Shown here one piece after another: positions 38,327 through 47,070 of a DNA stretch of 64,000 nucleotides. This stretch comes from an uncultured virus (IMG/VR IMGVR_UViG_3300044922_001008) (taxonomy: Duplodnaviria; Heunggongvirae; Uroviricota; Caudoviricetes). Each line of letters begins with the position of its first letter. Position 1 is the first letter of the stretch. The stretch lies in IMG/VR virus record IMGVR_UViG_3300044922_001008. One strand, written 5' to 3'. The notes beneath the pieces were generated by a model, which did no database searches, had not been told where the DNA came from, and worked only from the letters and a program-made list of their open reading frames with translations. The position numbers and the translations under genes were made by a program.

Positions 38327-38863
38327 TTACCTATCATTTGATTGATAATTTTTATATGTTCCTTTAATCTGTCTCTGGCTCTGTTCCATGCTCACGCTTA
38401 AGTGATCTTGATATTTTTTTTTAAGTTCATTGTAATTTCTTGCTGTTCTATACAATTGTCTGAAGTGATTGATAATGCAAGTTGTCATATAGTTGAATGC
38501 TTTTCCTTTACTTGGATCAAATCTATCAACTTTTTCAAAGCATATGAGAACACCTTCTTGAACTGCATCATCTGGATCAATAAGGTTAAATTTTCTATAT
38601 CTAACAATATTTTCCGACAATAAATAAAAAGCAGTGGTCAATTTATCTTTTAATTTGTTGTATTCTGCAAAATAAAATTGGAATTCTCTTTCATAAGAAT
38701 CCCAAGATTCTGGTCTTACAAAATTATCTCTTTTAGATGTTCTTTCTTCTGTAGCTTTTATTTCTTCTATAAGTGTTTCGAATTTTACTTTATTTCTTTT
38801 AATTTTTATAAATTCAGAAATAATGACTTCAAAATTTTTGTTATTTAGATATTCATTAGCCAT
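38327..38863 (-). CDS. Late-transcription sigma factor (T4 gp55-like, region 2 only)
   Basis: EYLNNKNF, DDAVQEGVLICFEKVDRFDPSKGKAFNYMTTCIINHF. Confidence 0.85.
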   Translation of the reverse strand: MANEYLNNKNFEVIISEFIKIKRNKVKFETLIEEIKATEERTSKRDNFVRPESWDSYEREFQFYFAEYNKLKDKLTTAFYLLSENIVRYRKFNLIDPDDAVQEGVLICFEKVDRFDPSKGKAFNYMTTCIINHFRQLYRTARNYNELKKKYQDHLSVSMEQSQRQIKGTYKNYQSNDR

Positions 38864-39761
38864 TAAGTTCCTTAGATTTTAAATGAATGTTCATGTTATT
38901 TTCTTTCTTCCATTCTTCAATTCGTTCAAGAGCTTCTTTTTTGGCATCTTCATACCATTTGTCGCATATCTTATAGTAGGAACGACTATACAATTTTCCT
39001 GATGTAAAACTTCTAAAGTGATCAATATTATCATCTAATGTTCTTTTGAAATTTTCTTCTTTGCCAATTAAGTGTGGTTCAATTTTGTGTGATCTTAAAA
39101 TATAATTACCCAACAACTCCGTATCTGGCCAACAAGGTCGTCTTGGATCTGGTATTGGATCTTTGATATTAAATATGTTGCAAAGTCTGCGTAAACTCCA
39201 TCCAAAGCCGATTATATCCATTGTTGGAATGTGGTACATGGTAGCGGTATGAGAAACCATTCCCTTCCAATCTTCGTGCGCTCTAGGCGATATTTCATAT
39301 CCAACAACTGGAGAATTTGTTTTGCACAAATCGATCATCTCATTTAAAAGTGTTTTTTTTCTTAAAAAAACATCAGAATGAGTGGCAAATAAATATTCAG
39401 TTCGACAGCATGAAAATGCTAAATCCATGGCAATAGCTGGAAAGTCACTTGGATGGAGAACGCCATTAAATTTCAAACTGTGAACCTCAACATCATCATT
39501 CCTTAAGCCACATATCTTTTTGTATTCTTCTTCATTGCTACCAGTATCTACAATTACAACAAATGGCTTTGATGATTGTTCTTTCAACAGTTGAATACAT
39601 ATGTTAAGTTGTTCGAATGTATCCATGACTGGAATAACCGCTGTAACTTTGTGATGCCAAGGTTTTTTTTCGATACTTCCTTCCCATGGTTTCTTTAGCG
39701 TAAGGACATTACGAGTAGGAGCGAATTTGTTGAAAATATCTGATATAATGTTAGGAATCAT
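38856..39761 (-). CDS. GT2-like glycosyltransferase
   Basis: VTAVIPV, VIVDTGS, LFATHSD. Confidence 0.75.
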   Translation of the reverse strand: MIPNIISDIFNKFAPTRNVLTLKKPWEGSIEKKPWHHKVTAVIPVMDTFEQLNICIQLLKEQSSKPFVVIVDTGSNEEEYKKICGLRNDDVEVHSLKFNGVLHPSDFPAIAMDLAFSCCRTEYLFATHSDVFLRKKTLLNEMIDLCKTNSPVVGYEISPRAHEDWKGMVSHTATMYHIPTMDIIGFGWSLRRLCNIFNIKDPIPDPRRPCWPDTELLGNYILRSHKIEPHLIGKEENFKRTLDDNIDHFRSFTSGKLYSRSYYKICDKWYEDAKKEALERIEEWKKENNMNIHLKSKELNG

Positions 39762-39909
39762 TGAAAATCCTCATTCGCCAAAGTATTACAAAGAATTATG
39801 TCTGTATTATAATCATATTGGAAGGTACAACGAAGCCGAAGCCATTATACATTTAATTGAAACGAAATTTAATGAAAAATTTCACATTCGTAATAACATG
39901 CAGAAATAA
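39748..39909 (+). CDS. Small TPR-like protein
   Basis: ENPHSPKYYKELCLYYNHIGRYNEAEA; start uncertain. Confidence 0.4.
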   Translation: MLGIIENPHSPKYYKELCLYYNHIGRYNEAEAIIHLIETKFNEKFHIRNNMQK

Positions 39910-40828
39910 TGAATCTACACTTGCCGAGTGTATTGATTCATGTAAGAAATTAGATTCCGAAATACTTATTGCTGACATAAACAGTTCGGATAAATCTTCT
40001 GATATCATCGAAAAGATTGGATGCAAGACTATATTCTTTGGATTTCACAACGATTACGCAAAAATAAAAAACAAAATTATAAATCAATGCGAAACAGAAT
40101 GGATGATGTTTTTAAATGCCAATGAAATTATATTAAAAGGTTTAGATAAAATACAAGAATATATTGAAGGTAAAGATTGCAGAAGAATAAGTGTCATACA
40201 AGAACAGGTTATTACAAAACCAATTCGTTTGATAAATAAATCAAATAATTGTATTTTTTCAAATCCAGTATTCGAACACATATCTCATTCTTCTAAACAT
40301 AGTGATATATTCGTGAAATCTCAAACAATTGATCGTTATGAAGAGAACATGGAGATCATAAAAAATTGGATGAGAGAAAAGCCACTAGTGGCACAAACTC
40401 ACTATTACTTGAGTTGTATTTATCTTGGAAAAAATAAATGGAATGATTTCATTAGAACTGCCAATCATTATTTGTTTTTAGAAAAGAACAAACCTATGTC
40501 ATATTTTATGACAAAATATTATCTTGCAATGATTTATGCATATGTTGAAAAGAATTACAAATTAGCATCACAAATCTTGTTTGAAATTATTATAGAAAAG
40601 CCTCTGATGGCTGAATATTGGTGTTTGCTAGGAGACATATATTATTCCTTAGATAAATTTGAAAAAGCATTTCATTTTTATGAAAATGCAATGCTTTTAG
40701 GTTCACGAAGACTTAAGGATGATGAATTTCCATTCCATATTGAAAAATATAAAAAGCATCCAGAAGAAATGATGTTAAATTGTAAAAATGTTATAAATTC
40801 CTCTAAATTGTATAAGTCTAATAAATAA
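39872..40828 (+). CDS. GT2 plus TPR protein (SunS-like architecture)
   Basis: VITCRNNE..L.ECI.S, ADINSSD.S, DYAKIKN, FSNPVFE, C-terminal TPRs. Confidence 0.75.
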   Translation: MKNFTFVITCRNNESTLAECIDSCKKLDSEILIADINSSDKSSDIIEKIGCKTIFFGFHNDYAKIKNKIINQCETEWMMFLNANEIILKGLDKIQEYIEGKDCRRISVIQEQVITKPIRLINKSNNCIFSNPVFEHISHSSKHSDIFVKSQTIDRYEENMEIIKNWMREKPLVAQTHYYLSCIYLGKNKWNDFIRTANHYLFLEKNKPMSYFMTKYYLAMIYAYVEKNYKLASQILFEIIIEKPLMAEYWCLLGDIYYSLDKFEKAFHFYENAMLLGSRRLKDDEFPFHIEKYKKHPEEMMLNCKNVINSSKLYKSNK

Positions 40829-41204
40829 CATCTAAATCATTCACAATAACAGTAACTTGGTCTTCGTATCTTGATATCGCAATTTGTTTTCTTCCAACTC
40901 CAAGTTTTCTCAAATGACCTTCAAGATCATCTACAGAACAATTTATAACTGAAAATTTATTCTGTGCGAGTCTTTTTACTTCTTCTTGAATATTACTAAT
41001 TTCACGATTTGGAAAATACTGTTTTATTTGATCGGAACAATCAGATAAAATTTTTCGATACAATGGCATGTTGCATGCACATCCGGGGTTTTTTAAAAAT
41101 TTATGTACTTCTTCCATCATGTCTGGTGGTAAAGTATCTCTAAATCTTGAATCCTTAAGTGCTTGCTTAATATCCAGAAGAGTTATCGTCTTGTTTTGGC
41201 TCAT
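40818..41204 (-). CDS. Hypothetical protein
   Basis: 128 aa in a coupled minus-strand cluster; NPGCACN. Confidence 0.7.
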   Translation of the reverse strand: MSQNKTITLLDIKQALKDSRFRDTLPPDMMEEVHKFLKNPGCACNMPLYRKILSDCSDQIKQYFPNREISNIQEEVKRLAQNKFSVINCSVDDLEGHLRKLGVGRKQIAISRYEDQVTVIVNDLDVIY

Positions 41205-41430
41205 TGTACCTCATTATAAATGTAATGTGACCACATTTTGGACATTTGATTTTTGATTTTCCTTTTTTTTGCTTAGGTGTTTCTATTTTCTTTGTAAAAG
41301 GATTCAATATTGGTATTCCAGATTGTATATCAACACTTTTTTGGAGAGAAAGATCTTTCACATCTTCATCTCCAAATATTTTTTTATAGTGACATGTCTG
41401 ACAATAGATTTGATACTTATATATTTTCAT
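41167..41430 (-). CDS. Zinc-ribbon protein
   Basis: CQTC...CPKCG. Confidence 0.65.
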   Translation of the reverse strand: MKIYKYQIYCQTCHYKKIFGDEDVKDLSLQKSVDIQSGIPILNPFTKKIETPKQKKGKSKIKCPKCGHITFIMRYNEPKQDDNSSGY

Positions 41431-41821
41431 TTTTTTGTTCTGGTAAATTAATTATGGTTGCTGATTCGATATAATTCAAAATCATTGCAGCCAAATTTGA
41501 AAGAAATCCGCCAGCACAACCACAGGCGAATGTTGTCAAGATGCTAAGAGTTATATTGTTTATAAAATATCCATAAACAATATATCCCATAAAAAATCCA
41601 GCCCATGTTCCAGAACACATGTAGCATTCGACAATTTCGCCAAGTTTTGGCAAATTAATCTTTTTCGTAAATGACTTCACAAAATCTCTAAATGATTCGA
41701 GAATTGATCCATCCACAATAATATGAGCCATTCCAATAGATCCAAAAGCAAACAAAAGAAAATTTTCCATTATCATCTCCAAGTGGTTATAAAAACTGTG
41801 TTTCCACGCCTTGTCAAACAA
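41417..41821 (-). CDS. DUF1360-like membrane protein
   Basis: TM helices; LGEIVECYMCSGTWAG. Confidence 0.65.
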   Translation of the reverse strand: MFDKAWKHSFYNHLEMIMENFLLFAFGSIGMAHIIVDGSILESFRDFVKSFTKKINLPKLGEIVECYMCSGTWAGFFMGYIVYGYFINNITLSILTTFACGCAGGFLSNLAAMILNYIESATIINLPEQKNENI

Positions 41822-42135
41822 AAATCATTAAAGCTATCAAACTTACAAATTTTTTCTTCCAATTCATCAATATTAAATGAAAAGCTTTCAGTCAACTTGT
41901 CACTCATCTTGTCAATAAAAATAGGTTCTCCAAAAAAAGATGCTAATTTCTCAACAGACTCTTCTTTAATGTTATTTAAGAAATCTAGTATAGCCCTTTT
42001 TCCTAAATCTCTCAACCCCGGAACTCTTATTGATAGCAACCAATTATTATAACATTGACTTAATTCTGGTATATGTTGCCATACTTTTGAATTATAAAAA
42101 ATTATTTCTTCGATATTTTGAAAATTTATTTTCAT
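41773..42135 (-). CDS. Hypothetical protein
   Basis: Likely start MKINFQ, avoiding overlap with the divergent gene. Confidence 0.6.
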   Translation of the reverse strand: MKINFQNIEEIIFYNSKVWQHIPELSQCYNNWLLSIRVPGLRDLGKRAILDFLNNIKEESVEKLASFFGEPIFIDKMSDKLTESFSFNIDELEEKICKFDSFNDFCLTRRGNTVFITTWR

Positions 42136-42188
42136 ACACACTATTTTAAAGGCAAAGGTGAATTTTAGCAACAACATAGGAGTCAATA

Positions 42189-43226
42189 ATGGCAGATAGT
42201 AATTTGAACAAAGAAGGAAGCCCAATCAACATTCAAGGGAATGTACCACAAGAATTTTTGCAAGTTTTAAAAAATCAAGGAAGTCAAGGCAATCAAGATG
42301 CTCCACAATCTACCTTGCAAAAACCCAATCAATCTTTTGCAAATTTGCGAGATAGGGATAATGGCAATACAAATGCTCCTAGTGTGGCTAAAGCACCATC
42401 GTCATATCCGCAAAACAATCAAAGTGGAAGACTTAAAGAAATTCTTGAATCCCTCAAGGGATCACTTGCACAATATGAAGAATTGCAATTACCATCAAAA
42501 GGAAGATTCTATGATGGTACAAATGGACCTGCAGATGGCATTATTCATATTCGTCCAATGACAGGCGAAGAAGAGCAAATTTTAGCGACTCCTAGATTTG
42601 TCCGTAAAGGACAAGCAATCAACATGATCTTTCAAAAATGCATTAAAGAAGATTTTAAGGCAGAAAATTTACTCACTGTAGATCGAACCTATCTATTACT
42701 TTATCTTCGTGGCATCTCTTATTCTCATAGCTACGATGTCGAAGTAAAGTGTCCCGAATGCGGTGCCAAATTCAGCACAAATGTTGATTTAAGTGCTTTG
42801 TTTGTAAATCAATGTCCTCATGATTTTGGACCAATTCTTGAAGATGTTTTGCCAAATTCAAAATATCGATTCAAGTATCGCCTTTCAACTGGTCGTGATG
42901 AGCAAGAAATCAATGAATATCGTGAACGCAGAATGAAGATGTTTGGCGATAATGCTACTGATGATACATTGACTTATAGAACTGCTCAACTATTAGAAGA
43001 AATTGATGGAATCACCGATAAGATGGAACTTCAAATTTTATTGAAGAACCTTCCAATCAATGATGTTTCTTATATTCGTGGCATCATCAACGAGCCTCCA
43101 TTTGGTGTAGATACAAATGTAGAAATTAATTGCCCAAGTTGTTCTGCAGAATTTTCAATCGATTTGCCTCTTGAAGCAAATTTTTTCTTCCCCCGGAGGA
43201 AGAAGGAAAAGAACACCCAAGCATAA
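42189..43226 (+). CDS. Baseplate hub / tail assembly protein (T4 gp26-like)
   Basis: LPSKG..Y, IRPMT.EEE.IL, D..YLL..LR.ISY, CPEC, GVD.....CPSC, ends NFFFP. Confidence 0.8.
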   Translation: MADSNLNKEGSPINIQGNVPQEFLQVLKNQGSQGNQDAPQSTLQKPNQSFANLRDRDNGNTNAPSVAKAPSSYPQNNQSGRLKEILESLKGSLAQYEELQLPSKGRFYDGTNGPADGIIHIRPMTGEEEQILATPRFVRKGQAINMIFQKCIKEDFKAENLLTVDRTYLLLYLRGISYSHSYDVEVKCPECGAKFSTNVDLSALFVNQCPHDFGPILEDVLPNSKYRFKYRLSTGRDEQEINEYRERRMKMFGDNATDDTLTYRTAQLLEEIDGITDKMELQILLKNLPINDVSYIRGIINEPPFGVDTNVEINCPSCSAEFSIDLPLEANFFFPRRKKEKNTQA

Positions 43227-43414
43227 CCCTTGGAAAAAACCTCCTAGAAGAAATATTTTTCTTTTCATATCATCTGCACCAAGACATGCAGAAGACATTG
43301 TTCATGCCAATCAATATCAGGCAATGGATGGTGCAGAGATTTATAGAGCAAAAAGAAAAAGAAAATCAAGCAATGGAAGCAGAGCGAAGAAAATCTAGTA
43401 GTAAAAGAAGGTAA
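43181..43414 (+). CDS. gp51-like extension in the -1 frame, reached by a probable programmed frameshift
   Basis: Slippery T TTT TTC at 43181-43187; the -1 frame is open for 77 codons: FFLPPEEEGKEHPSITLGKNLLEEIFFFSYHLHQDMQKTLFMPINIRQWMVQRFIEQKEKENQAMEAERRKSSSKRR. Confidence 0.7.
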   Translation, partial: FFLPPEEEGKEHPSITLGKNLLEEIFFFSYHLHQDMQKTLFMPINIRQWMVQRFIEQKEKENQAMEAERRKSSSKRR

Positions 43415-43416
43415 AT

Positions 43417-44160
43417 ATGCCACTAAAAGAAAGATTGCAAAATCCAACTTGTAACGACACGATTAGATTGCGTCTATTCTCTTACAATAGCAACAATCGA
43501 GCCAATTTACAAGACATTCAAAAAGTGGACATTTACACACTTGATCCTAACGAAATATCACAAGCCAATCCTGATGGTCGAAGGTTAGTTGTAACAATAG
43601 ATGGTGCCGATGTGATTTCTGAATCCGCTGGATCTTATTATGTCGATATATCTGCAGATTCTCCACTTTACACAATTGGAGATTATGTTGATGTGTGGGC
43701 AGTAAGCTTTGAAAGCGACCATTGTTCTTTGGCGGAAATTCAAAATAGATTTAGAATTTATCCCAACTTGTGGTTCACAAGTCCTGTTCCGCCTGTTTAT
43801 GATTTTTCATTTGGATTTAGACCCAACAGAATTGTAAAAGGGTCTAAAAGATATTTGGTGATCCAAATTTCACCAAATGTTCCACGAGGAGCCGATTTAC
43901 TACCATATTACGAAAATCTCGCCATAGTCTCAGATTTGCGTATTTCAATCGAAAAAAACTGCGGGGATTGTGTCCCACAGGAAAAAGATCTCCGATTGGT
44001 AGTAGATCGGCAACTTGTGGATTATCGTGAAAAAATGTATGGGTATTACTTTATTGACACATCAGATTACGATTCTGGAATATACAATGTGTGGTTTGAA
44101 TTACAATATGCAGAAAACACATTCATCTCTGAGAAAAATCAAATCCAAATTTTCGAATGA
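43417..44160 (+). CDS. Putative structural protein (Ig-like beta domains)
   Basis: Coupled to the baseplate genes; G.YYVD, GDY.DVW, GIYNVW. Confidence 0.6.
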   Translation: MPLKERLQNPTCNDTIRLRLFSYNSNNRANLQDIQKVDIYTLDPNEISQANPDGRRLVVTIDGADVISESAGSYYVDISADSPLYTIGDYVDVWAVSFESDHCSLAEIQNRFRIYPNLWFTSPVPPVYDFSFGFRPNRIVKGSKRYLVIQISPNVPRGADLLPYYENLAIVSDLRISIEKNCGDCVPQEKDLRLVVDRQLVDYREKMYGYYFIDTSDYDSGIYNVWFELQYAENTFISEKNQIQIFE

Positions 44161-44185
44161 TTGTATTTAAAAACTAAACAATTCG

Positions 44186-44194
44186 TGATATCAT
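44186..44194 (+). promoter_or_regulatory. Extended -10 promoter
   Basis: TG-A-TATCAT upstream of the AAA ATPase gene. Confidence 0.35.
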
Positions 44195-44221
44195 GCCTTT
44201 TTCAATTTTGGAGAAGGCTTT

Positions 44222-45268
44222 ATGAACTTAGATTACAAGTTAGACAATTGGATAAAATACAATCAAAATGTTTTGATGATTGGAAAGCATGGTGTTGGGA
44301 AAACCGCACTCATAAAAAAAGCATTTGAAAGAAATGGTTTGAAGTGGAGATACTTTAGTGCAGCCACTATGGACCCTTGGACTGATTTTGTTGGTATTCC
44401 AAAAGAAGCAACAAAAGTTATAGGCGATCAATCTGTAAGTTACATAAAGATGATTCGTCCTTTGGACTTTGTTCTTGGTGAAGTAGAAGCAATTTTCATG
44501 GATGAATTCAACAGGTCTCCAAAGAAAGTTAGAAATGCAGTTCTCGAATTGATTCAATTCAAAAGCATAAATGGAGAAAAATTTCCAAATTTAAGGATGG
44601 TTTGGGCTGCGATAAATCCAGAAGATGATCCAGAGTCTTACGATGTTGAAAAACTTGATATGGCTCAAATGGATCGTTTTGAAGTTCATAGAAAAATTGA
44701 TTACAAGCCAGATGTTGAGTTCTTTAGAGTTAAGTTTGGAAAGACCATTGCGGACAGTGCAATTGCTTGGTGGTCAGAATTGGATGATTCCACCAAAAAT
44801 TTAGTATCTCCTAGAAGATTAGAATACGCTTTAAACTCATTTTCTAGACAAGGAGATCTAAGAGATCATTTGCCACAAGAAAGTGGTGTTTCGAAGCTTT
44901 TACAGGCTTTAAAAGACGGTCCTACAAGTGATAAATTAGCAAGATTTATGTCAGAAGAAGATTCTGGTGGTGCTAAAATTTGGCTAAAAAATGAGAACAA
45001 TTTTTCTTCAGCATCAAAATATATCATAGAAAGCAAAACTCTTTGCGATTGGTTTTTGCCATTAGTTCCTAAAGAGAAAATCATATCATTAATGACTTCT
45101 AATGAAAAATTAGCAAAACATGTTATGTCTAATGTCAATTCTGAAAAAACATATATGGAAATTTGTAAAGAAATATTAAATGCAAAAACTGACTACAAGA
45201 TGTCAAATAAAATTAAACGATTTATGACTCAAAATCCCGACATGGCAAAATTTTTATCTGAAGATTAA
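44222..45268 (+). CDS. MoxR-like AAA+ ATPase
   Basis: GKHGVGKT Walker A, IFMDEFNR Walker B, AAINP, AQMDRF, SPR. Confidence 0.88.
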   Translation: MNLDYKLDNWIKYNQNVLMIGKHGVGKTALIKKAFERNGLKWRYFSAATMDPWTDFVGIPKEATKVIGDQSVSYIKMIRPLDFVLGEVEAIFMDEFNRSPKKVRNAVLELIQFKSINGEKFPNLRMVWAAINPEDDPESYDVEKLDMAQMDRFEVHRKIDYKPDVEFFRVKFGKTIADSAIAWWSELDDSTKNLVSPRRLEYALNSFSRQGDLRDHLPQESGVSKLLQALKDGPTSDKLARFMSEEDSGGAKIWLKNENNFSSASKYIIESKTLCDWFLPLVPKEKIISLMTSNEKLAKHVMSNVNSEKTYMEICKEILNAKTDYKMSNKIKRFMTQNPDMAKFLSED

Positions 45269-45269
45269 T

Positions 45270-46565
45270 ATGCATAAGATAAATCCCGATGAATGGTTGG
45301 AAATATCCAACAAATTAGAACAACATCATGCAATCTTTTATAAGTTGTGGGCTGTTGGCAAACCAATTTTTAAAGATGAGATTGAAACGGCAGCTATTGA
45401 ATTTGATCGTAATGGAAATTATATACAATTTTCTTTCAATCCCATCTTCTGGTCTAACCTATCATTAGATTCAAAGCTATTCGTAATATGTCACGAAATG
45501 TTACATGTAATACTAAATCATGGCAAAAGATCAAAAAATCTCAACATACAAAAAAAAGTAACAGCAAACATATGTCTTGATATTGTCGTAAATCATAGCT
45601 TGATAAATAATTTTGGATTTGAAAAAAATAATATAGAAGTAGGAATTCGTAATGCTATAAATTTAAATTCAGAAAATAATGAAAAAAGTATTTTGTGTTG
45701 GGTTGACAATATATTTCCAGATGAGAAATATCCAGAAGACGAATGTTTTGAATTTTATTTCAATAAATATAATGAAAAATATGGTGATGGTCATTCAAAT
45801 CAAGCAAGCAATCCAAATCAAGGTTGTCTAGATGATCATTCGCAATTGTCCGAAGAAGATTACGACAAATTTGTTGGGAAAATAATATCAAGTCTAAGTA
45901 AAGACGAAATAGAAGCTATAGCTAATTTTGCTAAAAAAAATCAAGACATAAGTCCTGCTGGATCTGGTGTTGGTTGGTGGCACTCTTTAGGTTCTTTATC
46001 GAAACAAATAAAAAAGAAATGGGAAACCATTATAAGATCTTGGGAAATTAAACAATCAAAAGATTGTTATGGTTCCGCAGAGCAATGGCTTAGAAAATCT
46101 AGAAGATATGTAAACATTGATGATAATTTATTTTTACCATGCGAAATAGAAACATATCAAAGAATTACAGAAGAAGACAAAATTAATGTTTTTTTCTTTA
46201 TGGACACATCTGGAAGTTGTTTTGGATTAAAAGATAGGTTTTTTAAGTGTGCCTCTAGTTTAGACTCGCAAAAATTCAAAGTACGACTTTTTTGTTTTGA
46301 TACAAAAGTTCAAGAAACATCATTGAAATCAAATAAAATATATGGTGGCGGAGGAACTTCATTCAGTGTAATTAAAAACTACATTAAAAAAGAAATAGAA
46401 AATAATATGTCCAAGCATCCTTATGTGTTTGTTTTAACGGATGGATTTGGAGATACTATAAAAGTAGATAAACCAGAAAAATGGCATTGGTTTTTAACTG
46501 CCGATGGAACAAAGTTGTGGATAGATAAAAATTGCAATATTTATAATTTGAAAGATTATGAATGA
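45270..46565 (+). CDS. DUF2201-type metallopeptidase plus VWA domain protein
   Basis: HEMLH, N...DIVVN, DTSGS, FDT, GGGGTSF, LTDG. Confidence 0.85.
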   Translation: MHKINPDEWLEISNKLEQHHAIFYKLWAVGKPIFKDEIETAAIEFDRNGNYIQFSFNPIFWSNLSLDSKLFVICHEMLHVILNHGKRSKNLNIQKKVTANICLDIVVNHSLINNFGFEKNNIEVGIRNAINLNSENNEKSILCWVDNIFPDEKYPEDECFEFYFNKYNEKYGDGHSNQASNPNQGCLDDHSQLSEEDYDKFVGKIISSLSKDEIEAIANFAKKNQDISPAGSGVGWWHSLGSLSKQIKKKWETIIRSWEIKQSKDCYGSAEQWLRKSRRYVNIDDNLFLPCEIETYQRITEEDKINVFFFMDTSGSCFGLKDRFFKCASSLDSQKFKVRLFCFDTKVQETSLKSNKIYGGGGTSFSVIKNYIKKEIENNMSKHPYVFVLTDGFGDTIKVDKPEKWHWFLTADGTKLWIDKNCNIYNLKDYE

Positions 46566-46753
46566 TTTTTTTTATTTGAAAAATATTCACAAGTATGTCT
46601 TCTGCTTGGAACAAGTGGTAAAAATTCTTTTTGATCAGCCTTTTTGTTGAATGCATTGCTACATCTCAAGCCAAGACCAAGACCAATACCCCAAAATAAA
46701 TGCTTGCAATTGAAGCAAACTTCTTCTTCTGGTTTTGGATCTTCTTTGTTCAT
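46556..46753 (-). CDS. Small Cys-rich protein
   Basis: CFNCKH...C...CEYF. Confidence 0.55.
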   Translation of the reverse strand: MNKEDPKPEEEVCFNCKHLFWGIGLGLGLRCSNAFNKKADQKEFLPLVPSRRHTCEYFSNKKNHS

Positions 46754-47070
46754 ACTTCTATTTTAAAAAACTTATCTAATCGTGTTATTACAAAAACCTC
46801 ATGAATGTTTTCGCTCATATTTTTAAGAATCAAAATTATTTCTTTCTCTTTTAATTTCTTATTCATTGTGATCATTTTGCCAAGTGCTGCACTTGATAAA
46901 TAATCAACACCAGTGAAATCTAAGATTACCTTGCTCTTTTCTGGTGTTGCTTCTACTACCTCTAATAATTCTGATCCTAATTCTGATATTGAAGCTTCAT
47001 CAAACATTCTTCCATTTGTAAATTTTACCAAAGTAAAAGTTTCTTCCGTGAAAACAGATAAAAATTTCAT
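46750..47070 (-). CDS. STAS-domain anti-sigma-factor antagonist
   Basis: VILDFTGVDYLSSAALGKMI, EVFVITRLDKFF. Confidence 0.9.
   Translation of the reverse strand: MKFLSVFTEETFTLVKFTNGRMFDEASISELGSELLEVVEATPEKSKVILDFTGVDYLSSAALGKMITMNKKLKEKEIILILKNMSENIHEVFVITRLDKFFKIEV

Noticed and set aside
43171..43447. Track ORFs 43171..43398 (+) and 43265..43447 (-)
   Set aside because: The protein-like sequence lies in the third frame (43181-43414); these two look like shadows.
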